Of a stretch of DNA of 64,000 nt, positions 1-14,505 are shown one piece after another; the stretch's first letter is position 1; each line of letters opens with the position of its first letter. This DNA is from Trichoplax adhaerens (Eukaryota; Animalia; Placozoa): the NCBI RefSeq assembly GCF_000150275.1, contig NW_002060950.1, positions 192,679 to 256,678 on the forward strand, written 5' to 3'. The notes below the pieces were generated by a model. That model was not told where the DNA came from and did no database searches. It saw only the letters and a list, made by a program, of their open reading frames with translations. Position numbers and translations under genes: made by a program.

Positions 1-180
1 ATATATGATATGGTAGCAGACGTCCGTTGAGTTCGGCCATTCATTTTTGCGTTGTTGATTTCTATCTATACTCAGTATATAGTTGACCCAAATTGACCCA
101 TCTTATATCCGTCCTTCCGAAATCTGACCCACCACTACGACCTCGAGCGAGAGTATGAAAGATCAAGATTTGATACTCAG
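1..180 (+). other. probable non-coding 5' exon of MFSD13A (runs off window start)
   Basis: Relatively GC-rich segment ending in a strong donor CAG|GTGAGT at 180/181, ~1 kb upstream of the MFSD13A ATG; no ORF assigned. Confidence 0.4.
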
Positions 181-1220
181 GTGAGTGTCAATGTTATATA
201 GAACTCTATGCAACACATGTTGATTATTGAGTTTCATACCGGCGGTAACCACCCTTAGTAAGTACTGATACGGCACTGAAAGTAATAGCAGCATTACCCA
301 TGTTAGTGAGTAACAAGACGCTACCACAAGAACTTAAAATTTTAATTTTATAATTAGCTAATTTTAATAGAAATAAATCCCCAGCATGAACCCATAATAA
401 TATAGGAAAAAAGAATCTCCCCAGCACGTTTTATTGCTACTAATTTGGGAACACGAGTGCGGACTTCCCTTTACTCGCAACCCGCCAGGTGTTCGATATC
501 TTGGCTATTGAATACAGAAAAGTAACTGCAAGACTTGTAGGTTACAGCATGTGGTAGTGAGGATTTATATGCTACCAATCAATGATTGAATTTGCACAAA
601 GGCTGCCTCGATTTGGTGCAAAATGGGTCAAACTTTTCTGGCAAATTCGTGGAAGGATTACTATGCACTTTCTAAAATTGACCGAATAAAGAAAATTTTG
701 AAAAAGTAATCCATTGAAACTGGATACAAAACCCTGATAACACTTGATAATACCGTCGTGCCGAGCTGAAACTATATTACGCGTACTGCTTTTGATCTAG
801 AAGAGGAAAGTGTATTCAATTGAAAATTAAGTGCAGAGTATTACAAAATTACTTTTATATTTTGCAGTTGCACGCTGTAGAATATTGTCAGTATTGTATA
901 TACAGCTCAAGTAACATTAGCTTAACTCGCAACATGTACTCAACGGTAATAATTTTTTCTTGATTCAGATAATTCATAAGTTAATTCATCGTTACTATAG
1001 TGTGCAGAACGACGTTAAAAGTCAGTCGTAATTTTGTTCCAGTCCTTTATACAGTAATCTTCTAACCTAACCTGACTGATACAGACACAGTTCAGTACTG
1101 GATTACTTGTAAGCTGTAGCTGCTAATTTAGCAGTCATTTGGCTACAAAGACAACGGTCAATAATTAATTCATCAATAATTATTATTATTTACCCCTACC
1201 AACTGTTTGACGATCTTACG

Positions 1221-4200
1221 ATGAGTGGTAATCATCATAACTCTACTGCAGTTCGATTGGCTTATGGATCTATTGCTTTCTTCTTAACTGCTCTTCATAA
1301 CATATTTATTATATACTATGTGGACCTGTTCATCACTGTATATAAAATCGATCAAGTATCCTTTTGGATAGGGGAGGTACGTTAACTGAGTAAGAATAAA
1401 TGATCTCAATCCTTCATATTATAAATTGACAAATGAAGACTGGTAATGGTTTTAAATATATGATGAATTTAAAATTGAGTTGCTATCTTTCATTGTATAC
1501 GAGTATCAATGCTTGACGTGTTTACTTAGAACATTAACAGTACCTTAGCTATTAAAGTCGATCTAATAGCTACTCCTTTTTATGGCGTCGGTGTTTTAGA
1601 AGTGATACTGTATAGTCTGAGTAGCCAAATCAATGTTGATAGTCAAGACGCCTACATGAGAGAATTCTGAGCTAAGCTATCAACGATGATCCTTACCGGT
1701 TCTAGACTGCCTAGTATAGAAATAATCGCTAGAGTTGATTTAGAAAAGCTATAGTACAGTATATTACTGTAATATGATGTAGGTTGCAAGTTGTAACCCT
1801 CTTAGTGATGTGATAATATCACTCTATAGTAGAGCTCTTTTATACTTGGCGTCAAAATATAGTTCATATACTGCCACATTCGAATATAAGATTCACTTAA
1901 ATGTGGATCCGTTGACTTTCCTTACAATATTGCCTCTAAATTATGTTCCTTTCTAAGAAATATATTTAAAATTTTGCTACTGGTAATAACTAGTGATGTT
2001 CTATTCTATGTATTCGTATGAAGACGATATTCTTAATATGGAATTCACTCAATGATCCCCTATTTGGATGGATAAGCGATAGAAAATCCTTATCGAGTTC
2101 TAGGTATGAAATATTAGTAAATAAATTTGTTGATGTTCTGCAGTGTACAGTATCACTGCATTAGAACGTCTTAATGCACCTCATTCCAATCTAATTCTAG
2201 TTTCAAATGAGTGCTATTTGATTTATGATATTTAAGGTTAAGCATTGATTTCACTACTAATATTGATACTCCGGTCTACTGTAACTTGGATATTCTATTA
2301 TTATTGAAAAAAGTAATAATATATCGTCAAAGTTTAGGGATAAAATTTCGCTGAAAAATATATAAGTATAATTATACCGCAATTACTCACTTCTGATTCG
2401 TGAGTCTTGCAAGTCTCGATTAGTTAGTATATGACGGTGCTTTAACACCATAGTAGCATCGTCTTAAACTTCAAGAAGATACCTTATATATCGGCTTAGT
2501 GATTAATTACGTGTTCGTAGGTCCGCTTGTCAAAGTAATGGAGCCAATGAAGGTGCATCCCCTGAGATTGTACTCAAAAGAGTTAGGTAAAATATCTACA
2601 CTTGTAATATTTGATAATTTCTTTCGTATAATATTACACAGCTAAATCTACTAAAAGCTGCAGCTAAGCGGTAATTTAATCTAGAATAAGAAAATATGTA
2701 TAATGATTATATTTAGCCATTATTATAACTGAGTAAACTACCGATGCGTAAAAAGTGCTACCTCTAACAATTTCTTCTTGAATTGTTTTAATATTGTAAA
2801 GAACCATTCGAATATATGGACCCTTGTTTGCAATATCATTTATGTCATTATGGATTCGTTGGGCTTGGCCTGGACTACAGTTTATATTGTGTCTCTGTCT
2901 GTATGATGGATTTTTAACGATCATAGATCTTAATTTTAACGCATTACTAGCAGATTTGGCTGTGTCTGTTAGTGGAAGATCGTACTTGAACAGTTACTGT
3001 TCTGTCTTTAGTGGTCTTGGCACTACTACAGTTTTTCTCTCTTATGCAGTATGGAATCGAACCGATTTAGTCAAATTCCAGATCTTTTGCGGCGTCCTTA
3101 CAATAGTCTCTGCGTTCGGATTTTTCATCAGTGCAACGATTCTAAGTTCCGAATATCGTAAAATGAATAAATTAAATATCCAAAGTGTCGAACCTCCTAC
3201 CACGTTAGTATTTTATTATTCAGTAATGTAGGTGTAAACTAGACCGGCAGTAAAGTATAAAACGTATTCTAAAGTATAAGCTAAGTTGTAACTATCAGTT
3301 TACGGAGAACAGTTCAAACCGTTAATTCAACGCGATTATCTTCCTAACTATGCAATAAATAATTCTAAAGTTTATTCCAGTAATAATAAAAATGTTGATA
3401 TTCCTTTCTTCGCATCGGTTTACTAAATTTGATAATAATGAGTGGTTTCCATCTATTAAACATATACTTATTACATTTTATAGCAGAGCCATGGGAGAAG
3501 GAATAAGTAGAGACACAAGTCGTAGTCAAAATGTTGGTGTACGACTGTTTTTATCCCAAGTACTTATTAACAAGAATTTTTTAAGCTTTTCGGTGATGAA
3601 TTTATTGCAGGTAATGTACTGTATTGCTGCGTACAGCATCCATATTTATACATTGATTTAAGGTTTTTCAACTCTATATGACGCATAATAGTTTTTTATA
3701 AATTGACTTTTACGAAATGTCGTAGTTCCATACTATAGCATTTGCAGCTCTCTGAGTGTAATTCCTTATCTGTATATTTTTACAGGTTTTTCATTGTCAC
3801 TTCAACAGCAATTTTTTCCCACTTTTCCTTCATTATCTTCTCGGGGATTATGTATCCCCAATCACTGCGTCTATTTTGTTAGGGGTATCATTCGTGGTTC
3901 CGCATTTTAGTAATATCTACTTGTTATCGTTATGTCGTCGATATGGAGTATACAATATTGTCCAGTCGTTGTTCTACACGAAATTAATAATAGGCTTGAT
4001 TATGCTTACTTTTGGATCACACTGGCCTCGATTGTTATGCCTTTTTATTGTCAGGTACATATATCGATATCTTATTACGAATTTACAGATCTTGTACTTG
4101 AACTAATTTATCAAATAGTATGTGATTATATTGAAAAGAATATAATTTGGAATTAGGAAGCCTCACATATTTGTTTGTAATCGATGTTATACAGAACGAT

Positions 4201-4728
4201 GGTTGTGACACATATATGTATAATCTCTCTAGTAATAGGATCTTCACGGAAGGGATCTGCAAATTATTAAACCTAGCTATTAGTGACCTAATTGACGAGG
4301 ATTATGTACAGTTTAATCGCAAGGAACCGATATCAGCGCTAATGTTTGGGGTAGCTGCTTTTATCTCAAAGCCTGGTCAAACGATTGCTCCTTTGGTAGG
4401 GTCTTGGATGATTGAGAGTGTTACCGGCAAATCGCTTTTTAAAACAGATTTCGGCGAAATTAAAATTTCAAACGATAATGAAATGAAGATCGTAGACTTT
4501 CGTCAAGGCTGTTTTAATGTTTTGGTTGGTATATCCATCGGATGTGCTATTGCACAAATTGTTACATGGTCCTTTTATGAACTTCGTGATCAAAAATTAA
4601 AGGATGTAAAGCAGGCGCGCAGAAAGATCGAACTTGGAGAGGAACAACAGAAGATTTACCCAGCTGCATACTCTACGGTGGACGAAACCAGGCAGCAGAT
4701 GTATAATTATGATATCAAAAATGTGTAA
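1221..4728 (+). CDS. MFSD13A: MFS-type transmembrane protein 180 (MFSD13A/TMEM180), 7 coding exons
   Basis: GT-AG exons ~1221-1376, 2024-2103, 2521-2586, 2802-3203, 3487-3610, 3786-4054, 4233-4728 splice in frame. Motifs [84 protein letters not shown] and [12 protein letters not shown] are characteristic of TMEM180. Confidence 0.92.
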
Positions 4729-6537
4729 TTGCGGTGGGCTGTAATTTCAAATTCAGAGATTATCTTAAGTTGTAATAAGCGAATTCAAAAGTTTTCGATG
4801 CTTAACGTGTGAGACTTAATCCATAATAACTTTCTTTCACAACTATCTCTCAGAAAACGGTAATATAACCGCTACGTATTATTGCTAATGTATACAACAT
4901 ATATTACTCTTAAAAGCATAACTATGTAAATTCGACATCAAGTAGTGATCGCAGTTGTACAGAACCAGTTTGAAAATTTAACGTGTGTTCATTGATATTT
5001 GTGCAGATATATTTGTAATTTAGAATTTAAGAGGTCATTTTTCTGTTGTAGTATAATCAACTGTAACTTCTTTCTTACTTTCATATTATGTCTTCTATCT
5101 TGCTAGAACGTAATGGAATAGATATTACGTATTGAAAAAGACAATATTGTTGCCGTCCTTACGTCAAGTTAATATGAATTATATCAATCAATATTACTCA
5201 ACTTGAATTGAATAATGCATTTGACATATGCGTAAAAATTTGGGAGCATCAAGTATAAAATAGCGTCATTGAAGCCTTACTTATACAGCTAATTTAAATG
5301 GAGATACTATGTCATTATAATTATTGTTCTACGAATATGAGCACATTCTACATACTTTGTTCATTGACCTCAGAACTATGAATTGGTATGCACAATGTAC
5401 ATACACGTACATTTTAGTTGAAGAGTAGAGACTTAGTGCCATCACTTTCAAGCGGCACATAAACATTTCAATAAGTGCACTTGTATGCTTGCATCAGATT
5501 TCCAGTTTAATGTTTATGAAAGATGCGCGTATAAGACTATAGTGATCTATGGTACTGGCAACGGACAAGCTGAGGCATATATATTTGTTAGGAGTAAGAT
5601 TTTAATATGAAATCTTCTTGACATTCACCAAGATTCTGCGTACTAGCCCTGTTTGTGATATTGGACTTTCGCATAATAGAATTGAAAGTTGATTTACTAT
5701 TCATGTGTAAGGCTACTAGTTAATAAATATTCAATTCATCAAGAGAAAGCTACTGGCTCTATACTTTTCTAAAATTGTAACGAATTCGTTCGTCTGTATC
5801 AATTTTTGCTACTTTAAAGTTCACATTTTAAATCTGCAGTAGTCATTTATGTTAGATTTAATCGGTAAAGTCTTGTCTAAGGCTTAGTCAACCCGCTAAA
5901 GCATTGTAAACGAATTATGTTTTACGGTAATTTCTATCTTGCTTGGATGGTTTTTTGTCTACATAAATGAGGTTCTAGCTGTCTAATTAGTCCAATACTT
6001 GCAAAGCATAGAAATACCTTTCGGCTGCTGTTGTCATTGGTATAGTAGTTCTATGCAGTATTACACGAGTATACTATGCTATAAGTGTTAGATTGTATAT
6101 GATTAGCAATATACGAGTATGAATATGCAGTGTTATACTGTACAGTATACGAGTATTATGTCGAAAGTGTTCGATTGTGCATGATTTATTTATGTAAAAC
6201 ATTTGAACGGTACAGTATAGTAGGTAGCTATAGCATGTATCTACTGTAATATCTGCAAAACATTTACATTTAATACTGCTATAACATCATGTAAGTTTAG
6301 AGCATTTACATTTGTTCAATTATCAATACTTTTTACGTGATAATTATAGATTATACTACGTATACTAATTAATCTACTCTTCCATAATTATAATTAATCT
6401 TAATCATAAGTGTTGTTATACATTTGTAGTAGTTTCAGCTAATAACAGTAGTAATTGAAGCACTGCAACATTGTAATCGTGAATGGCGTACGTATAAAAG
6501 CCGTCGTTTTCAAATCTATATCACTAGAGTGGGAATT

Positions 6538-6947
6538 AGTATTTCGTTTTGCATTAATATTGACTGCTTGTACATTTTCTTTTCACCGATGGTAGTTTCT
6601 CAAGACTGGTTAGTAGATTCATAGAGTGCTGTAAGAACTGAATTAACGATATAATTCGAGGTAATAAAAAAGAGTAGAGTATTTCGTTTTGCATTAATAT
6701 TGACTGCTTGCACATTTTCTTTTCACCGATGGTAGTTTCTCAAGACTGGTTAGTAGATTCATAGAGTGCTGTAAGAACTGAATTAACGATATAATTCGAG
6801 GTAATAAAAAAGAGTAGAGTATTTCGTGTTGCATTAATATTGACTGCTTGCACATTTTCTTTTCACCGATGGTAGTTTCTCAAGACTGGTTAGTAGATTC
6901 ATAGAGTGCTGTAAGAACTGAATTAACGATATAATTCGAGGTAATAA
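6538..6947. repeat. 140-bp tandem repeat, ~3 near-identical copies
   Basis: Unit agtatttcgttttgcattaatattgactgc...ttcgaggtaataa starts at 6538, 6678 and 6818, with only 1-2 substitutions between copies. Confidence 0.97.
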
Positions 6948-6983
6948 TAAAAACTAAAAAAGAGTATTGCAATAACTTTGCCG

Positions 6984-7148
6984 TACTCCAGTACAGTACA
7001 GTTTACCGGATAGTACTGTACTGTACAGTACTGCAAACTACTGTATTGTACTGTAGCCTACAGTACAGTGTACAGTTGTACTGTACTGTCTACTCGTCTA
7101 TAGTAGTCTATGTGTTTCCATACTGTACTGTACTGTCAGTACAGTACA
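6984..7148. promoter_or_regulatory. TACTG/CAGTA pentamer array upstream of FHIP2
   Basis: Dense cagtacagtacagt, gtactgtactgtacagtactg and tactgtactgtactgtcagtacagtac runs ending ~250 nt before the ATG at 7396. Regulatory role inferred from position. Confidence 0.6.
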
Positions 7149-7395
7149 CCAGCGTCAAGTTCAAGAGTCCGCAGTAAAAGAGCAAAACAGCTTTCAGGAT
7201 ATTAACCCAAGCTCGGTGGCGCAAGTTTAATTTGATTTGGTTGGCAACGACAACAGTCCGGTGATTCTTCCTTCTTCTTGATTTTCATATATCCTACTTT
7301 CTATCCGTATGAAGAGCGCTTTAGTGCAGTACAGTATATCTAGACTATAGGTCGTGCAAGAGGACATTGAAAAGAGCACTCAAGTATCACCGACC

Positions 7396-10300
7396 ATGTT
7401 CAATAGATTATCTTCCATACTTCATCTGGCGGTTGAAGCTGTAAGTTGTTGCATAACCTAAAGCTTACACGATTAACGCTCATATAGAAGTGTAATTATG
7501 GCTTTCATCATAACATCATCAGTAAAGATTATACTATACAGTACTATACAAGGCTGGTAGATAACACTGTGGCTTTTTATATTTATTGGCCATATTTCTC
7601 TGTAGAAGCAATTTATTGTAATGAACTAGACACTCAATCCAGTCAAAATATACAGCCATCAACAACAGATTCAATCTTGAGTATTGTCGTCAATTAGATA
7701 TTATTTATTACAGGTATCCACTCTACAGGACTGTACATGGATAGATAATATGTGCAAACTTTATTCCATGATTGACGTATATTTTATATTGATATATTAA
7801 AGCGACTTGATCTGATGTTTACACGGATTTCTGTTGGGGGCATGCATGAAGTCTTTGAAGTCATGTACTGTAAAATCGTAATTTATGACGGCGATTAATT
7901 AAAGCATAAAATTTATAGTCAAGTCTGCTACGATGTGTTCTTGCTTAAAGTTGGTTATTGTAGCTTTTATTAGAATAGAATATCATGTAGAAAATTTGAT
8001 TATACTTGTACAACTAAAGAAGCATCCTCTACACTAGCGGTTGATCAATCTGATGATCTAAACATACTGTATGTACGCGCATACTATAGAACATAGACAA
8101 TTAGTTTTTAATGATAAGGTACAAGTATGTTTTTGCAACTGTCAACGATGCAATATAAGCTTAATTTAATTTTTTGCACTACTGAATGTGATGATCAGAG
8201 TACTAGAGTATCATCACTATTTTCTATGTACATTATTGTATAATAGACTACTACTCACGGTGATTCTGTTGTGTCCTTATGCCAGCTCAATCCTACCGTA
8301 CCACTTCAGGAGGAGTTTATCCGTCACTGGAAGATCATCACAAACTATTTTATAGAATGCACAGGTAATGTATTCGACTTGTGAATACACATGAGTAAGA
8401 AATATTCGTACGCATCCGTAATTTTGGGCTGCAGAGTTTAACGTAATTGCATTACACTGTAGAAGTGTTAAAAATCCTTTGAACAGTCTTGTTAGAATAC
8501 AGAAAGGAAGATTTAGGAATCTGATCTTCTAATAAAGCATTACAGATTTATAAAATATCACAATGTAATCTTCTCACCAAAATTATCCTTAACGAACCCT
8601 ATAACACATCATATCAGTACCATTAATTATTGTACAATGACTTAATTGTAATTATACTCAACATATGATAGATAGTTTGTGATTTCTTGTATTAATACTA
8701 CTGCAAGCGAAGAGAATTTTCATGCTATGTAGTGCTAGTTATTAGAGGCTTATTTATATATCATGTTACTACAGTATACTCTGTTGTGGCTGAATCATCG
8801 TTAAAATCAATCTATCTTACTAATAACCTTTAGCGGGTTTGTCAAGCGTACACTTGGTACCTATCATCTAAATTTGACGCTTATGCGTACTTTTTATAGT
8901 ATCGTAATCAATGTGCCGCTAGAGTTCTGATATTAACGTCTTTATTGCTGATTGAATAGACGAGAATAAGCCTGTATCAGAAACGAAAATACCAGAACAC
9001 CTACAACAGATGTTAACTGTTCTAATAAAAGAAGAAAAAGAAGGTGTTGGCGATGAAACGGTTTGCGATATTAATTCTCCATTAATATTGAATATTAACT
9101 TGATACTTTCATTTTGTAAAATTCTCTGGCAGTAAATGTAAAAAATGTAAAAAATCTAAGGACTGCTCGTGCTATAACTCATAAAATCAGTTTTAAGTTT
9201 TACGTAACGGATAATTGTAATATACAGATGTATTAATAAATTGGATGGTCTTTTCTTGTGGACATTACAGTTAAATTAATGCCCTTTATATTTCTTATTA
9301 TTACTGTACTACAGGGTCCATGCATGGAATATACTCTTCGCCATAAAATCTTGAAAGCAATGGTAACTTTAGCCATAGCTAATGTAAGTAGAAAATAACA
9401 ACTCGATGTAGTATTTTGCAAATGAAATTTAATGCAATCATCATCATTCTACGATAGGTTCCCCCTGGTATGACTCAATGCGTTTTAATTTTTCTTACTA
9501 AGCTCTTAAATACAATTCAAAGGCCTCTTCTACCATTAGTTAACGTCCATGGTCCAATTCATGTACTTAGAATTAAATTATATTACTCTTATTTACAATA
9601 ATTTAGTAAATAGGTGTTTATTTTTATAACCACGTTAGAAACGGATGATATCTTTTCTTCTTTAGAAAATTTTATGTATGATCGCCAATACTGAGCTTGC
9701 TTTCTCAGAGAATGAAGAAGTGGAATTTGTATGGGCTATTTGCCAGCAAGTGCGCAATGATCCTTCCCTAGTTGATTTATTTATACAGGTGCAAAACTAT
9801 CTCATGTATAATATACCTAATATAACAGATGGAATGCTATCGTTGAAAATGTGGAAATAAGTATCTTAAATTTATTATGGGCAGAGAAAAAATCAATTTT
9901 CTATGTTACTATTTAGTTGCTTCTGCATTGTCAAATTTGAATTTTGTAACATTTAAGTCAAATTAATGTTCGATTCTTTACTTAGACTATTAATTATTGT
10001 TAATATGATTTCATCAAAAAATTGACCTATTGATATATGTAAACCGTTTTATTTATTTCCTACAGCCTCCTCGAAAAGGTGGTGCGTCTACTGCAGACAA
10101 TCCAAACAATAACCAAGACGAATTATTAATGGATTCAAATACGAATGGGAGGCATAGTTTGGTCGAAGCATTAGTTAAACTTAGTAAAAGCGAGGTTTGT
10201 CAATAATCATATGTAAAAATTTTATCTAAAAGCAAAATTATAGCCAAACTGAAGCTGTAATGTAGCTAATAATGTAATATCACATCGTACAAGAACTCAC

Positions 10301-12889
10301 GCATGCACTCATACACTAAAGTAGTGCGTATTTTATTATATACCCTAGGACACGTTCGTTTTCGAAAGGGCTAGTGAAGGATTAATGCTCTGCACTTCAC
10401 TACAATCGGAACAATCAGCTATTTATGTAGTATTGTATACGCGATTCTGTGATGTCGTGGTAAGAGCCATATCGTTTACTTTTTACAATTAAGTAAATTG
10501 CAAAATTTTCATTATCCGACTTTCAGCATATCTGACACTTTCAGGCGGAAAATCTGGTTAAACAATATAAATTGATACCTAGAAGAATAGCCCCAGATGA
10601 TGTACTAAACTGTCCTGCTAAATGGGGGTAAAAGTGCATGAGTGAACACAGTTACTAAGATACAGTATAAAGATATCGTCCTATAATATTTATGGTTACG
10701 TTATCAAATATTAAAAATAATTTTCATTTCCGGTTACAGTGGTAAAACTGTTAAAGAAGAATTAATTGGGGAAAACTTTCCAGGAAAACAGCAATTATTG
10801 TCTTTCTTGTCATACTTGTATTTTCTAGACAAACTATGTGCACAAGCACATCAGGTTAGTTGATCTAGTCGTCGAGCATATCTTTACTTTTTATTTTATT
10901 AATAGCAGCTAAATATTCAATAAGACTATCGAAGTATCAACACATGGAACGCCACCTGCTGTAAAATTATTTCATAGTTTAAAACATTGCGATATGTGGG
11001 CAATACGAGAGATAGTAAAAGGTTTTCGTATTCCTTTAACAGCTAGTTGCACGGGCGGTTGGTAAATCTATTCGAGAACAATTCCTAATTGCTATCCTTG
11101 AACCAAGATTGCTAGAACCGTAAGATTAAATTGTTGCAATAGTTAGAAAATCATCTATTGACTAACAGTATTTGAACTAACATTTTATTATCATATCGAA
11201 AGAGCTGAAGAGGGCACTTTAACCAGTATTGCTCATTTAACTCGTTGTTTGATTTTGATACAATCAGAATATCTTATACACGGTAACAACTAGTCAGGAT
11301 ATGATATTAAACTATTGATTACGATAATACGATATATCCCTTACGACTATGATCTCAAATAACAGAGTTTGCAGTATTTATTTTGGGCGATAATTTGGAA
11401 CCGGAGAGAAGGCTGGGCCCATCAGAAAATCAATTAAGACACAAGATGATTCATCGATGTGACCACTTAAATGAAAAAGTAAAAAAATGTCAGCCGTTGT
11501 ATCCTATTGACTGAGTTAGAATTTTTATTTCGTTGTGTGTCTTTTTCTATAAACAATATCCAGATTAGTGCGGCGTCCATGAAGCTTTTCGAAGTATTAC
11601 TGCAAAAACCGGATCAATATATTTTAGATAACCTTATAATCCGCAATGTCATTAAACGTAGTTACTATGACTTATCGAGCAATGTCCACAGCTTCGCCAA
11701 GATAGCATTAATAAATAACTCATTAGAGGGCAACAACGGACAGGACGAAGAATATACCCAGAAAGTCGTCAATTGCTTCTTATCCTTAATGCCTGATTTA
11801 ACCAAGTCTTCCGATGGAAGTCAAGACGAATATGAAACATATTTGAAAGATGCTTACCGACAGGTATTGTACCTTGCACAATATAAGTGAAATAATCTTT
11901 AAACAATGCTAAATGTAGTATTTATTTTTTGTATTAAATTTATTTATTTAGCATACTAGTCGAACCATTCAATCCATTACGTGGAGCTGGCCCCATGAGA
12001 TTATTTCTAGCATCAACCTGAATGAGAGTGATGAATTTTATGAAGGGGAATTTTTAAATGTTTTATTTAATAAATTGCAAAGAATATTAGATCAAGTAAG
12101 TATTCATAAAAATTGGCAATATTTATGATATGTTATATAGTACGCTCACAGTTTTTGTTAAATTCTTGCATATAGCCTTATGAAGTGAATTTACAAGTCA
12201 CCTCTGTAATCTCAGTAATTGTTCAGTTTCACCACCCCTACTTACATGAATATATGTTGGATCCATTACTTCCATTAAAAGATGGTAGCCGATCACTGTA
12301 CACTGTGCTGCAGCAGGTATAAATTATGCTTCGTATTTTTTTAATTACTATAGTATATAAACGATAAACTTTATTTATCTCCCGTTGCGATAGATTGTGA
12401 ACGAATTACAAAAACGTATTGCTAGAATACCTGAGTTTAAGAAAATGGTTCATATTTCAAGGCAGTCATTACTAGGAAGTGAATTACCAAACACCAATAG
12501 GTATGTAGCACAGTGTATGGTAGTGATATTACGTAATCTTACATCATAAGAAAAATCGTTAGATATTACTTAGATAAAATTTTACAATAAAACCAAATTT
12601 AAATATCGCAGCCCCGTAAACAAAGATTTATTGGAAGGTACGATCGTATTAGAAGAATTCTGTAAGGTAATTGAGGCATTAGATAATACTTTGACCAATC
12701 CAGAGCTTTAAACTAACTCTATCGATAAAAATAGCGGATTTTGTGTATCCGTTACTATGCATTGTATATTATCAAGATAGAGCAACTTCTGACCCATTTC
12801 TTATCGCATATTCACCTTAATAGGAGATAGCCGCAATAACCTACGTCAAGTCCAAGTCTCCTCTCAGGAAGTCGCATATCGATTCATGA
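7396..12889 (+). CDS. FHIP2A: FHF complex subunit HOOK-interacting protein 2 (FAM160B/FHIP2 family), 19 coding exons
   Basis: Exon 1 [15 protein letters not shown]|[24 protein letters not shown]; [13 protein letters not shown]; [33 protein letters not shown]; [12 protein letters not shown]; C-terminal [18 protein letters not shown]. All introns GT-AG and in frame; stop TGA 12887-12889. Likely co-orthologue of FHIP2A/B. Confidence 0.93.
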
Positions 12890-14505
12890 TAATATTGATA
12901 AGATTATACGGTACATGCATATCCTAAATTAATTAATCGTCAATAATTATATATTTTGTTACACCGGTGTGAAGAAAGGGATAGCTTCTCCAAAATGTAT
13001 ACTACATCAATAATGTAGAGTGATTTTAATTTCTATTCGATATTTATCAAATTGATTAAATACAAAGTGATAGCAGACCTACTCACCGTTGGCGATTCTG
13101 ATACATGACTAAGATTACCATAAAGAATAGTAATGGACTAAATGATACCGAATCGTGCTTATACTTCTAATCTGTGCACTTTTGTCGCACGCCTCTTAAA
13201 ATGATCAATATTTATAATTAATATCAACACAAGTGCTTATTATTTATCATTTTGTGCTTCTATAACAGGAAATAATTGAATAGTAATGTCATCTAAAATT
13301 TTGTAAATTATATTTCAAGAATACTTTATATCGTTGCTTATTTAGAGTACAGATTATTATCATTGCATCGCCTGCAGTTGCTTTATGAAGTACGCGCAAT
13401 ATGCTTACATAATCTACAAACTGGATTAATTATATTATGAAATTGCCTTTGGATAAGAATTTTGTGGTTTTATCCTCACATTTATCATTATACTGTATCA
13501 CATCTAATTGATCTCCTATTGGACTTTATTATTGTGGATAACTTACGCTTTTAACATTGTCAGCTTAACTATAGCTAAATAACTAATTCTGTAACACCAG
13601 CTAAGAATTAAGATTTTGCTAACATTTTTTACTTGTTCAATTTATAACAAAGAGTTACCTGATCAAACGTCACCTGACGTAATAAACGAATAATAATGCA
13701 TCATATTATTACGCGTAAACAAAGCTGAAGAGACTACCACCCTACATCATTCTAAGTACAAGGCAATGGGTATCCACACGCATAAAATAATTTCAGTATA
13801 GATTCATCGCACATCGCAAAGAAATCTTCTTCGATTTATTACTTGCTTTTACGATCAAACACGAAAGAGCTTGTAAATTCCTTATAGTATAACATAAATA
13901 TGTGATTGTACAAAGTACCGTAACAGGACATTTTTAATCTTATTTTGTTAAAATCATCGATAGATATTAAAGATATCTTTTGCCGTGGGGTACAGTAAAC
14001 GATGAAAAGGCTGATACCTCCTTATATGGCAGTAATAACATCGCAACTCTAATTTAGTGATCGTTAGGACATAGAAAAATGGAGTTTTCCTATTTTACAG
14101 TAAATACACTATTATATTAACATGATCTCGATCTAGTAGCTAGATTTAATAAGAGGCTATTTTAAAGCATAGTTTCAAAAGAAATTAATATGTGACAATC
14201 TGAAGTTAAAATTTCTTACAGCTAAACTTTTTAAAACACTAATTCCATAAAATAATGCAGTAGGCATAAGTAATCAGCCTACTGTATTGGAAAATTATTA
14301 ATAAAACTGCTACCAAGAGAAAACTCTTACTGAAAGAATTTCAATAGCCAGAACGTTATCAAGTAAAAATAAACACATACTGTCAATACGATCAACCAAG
14401 AGTATGAGACTTTAGAATCCCTCTAAACGAAGTTAGATCATCAATTACAAAATTGTGATTTAAAACGAAGCTTTTGAATGCTTCCCAATTCTTGCTTGAT
14501 TAAAA

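Noticed and set aside
1356-1365. GTATCCTTTT as U12 donor in MFSD13A
   Set aside because: Lies within conserved coding sequence (VSFWIGE); the in-frame donor is at 1377.
6054-6186. Diverged ~70-bp duplication
   Set aside because: Low-identity, low-complexity intergenic copies with no interpretable function.
6538-6947. 140-bp repeat as CRISPR array or spliced-leader RNA gene array
   Set aside because: Contiguous near-identical units with no spacers, no cas genes and a eukaryotic context; it has GAG|GTAAT but no clear Sm site.
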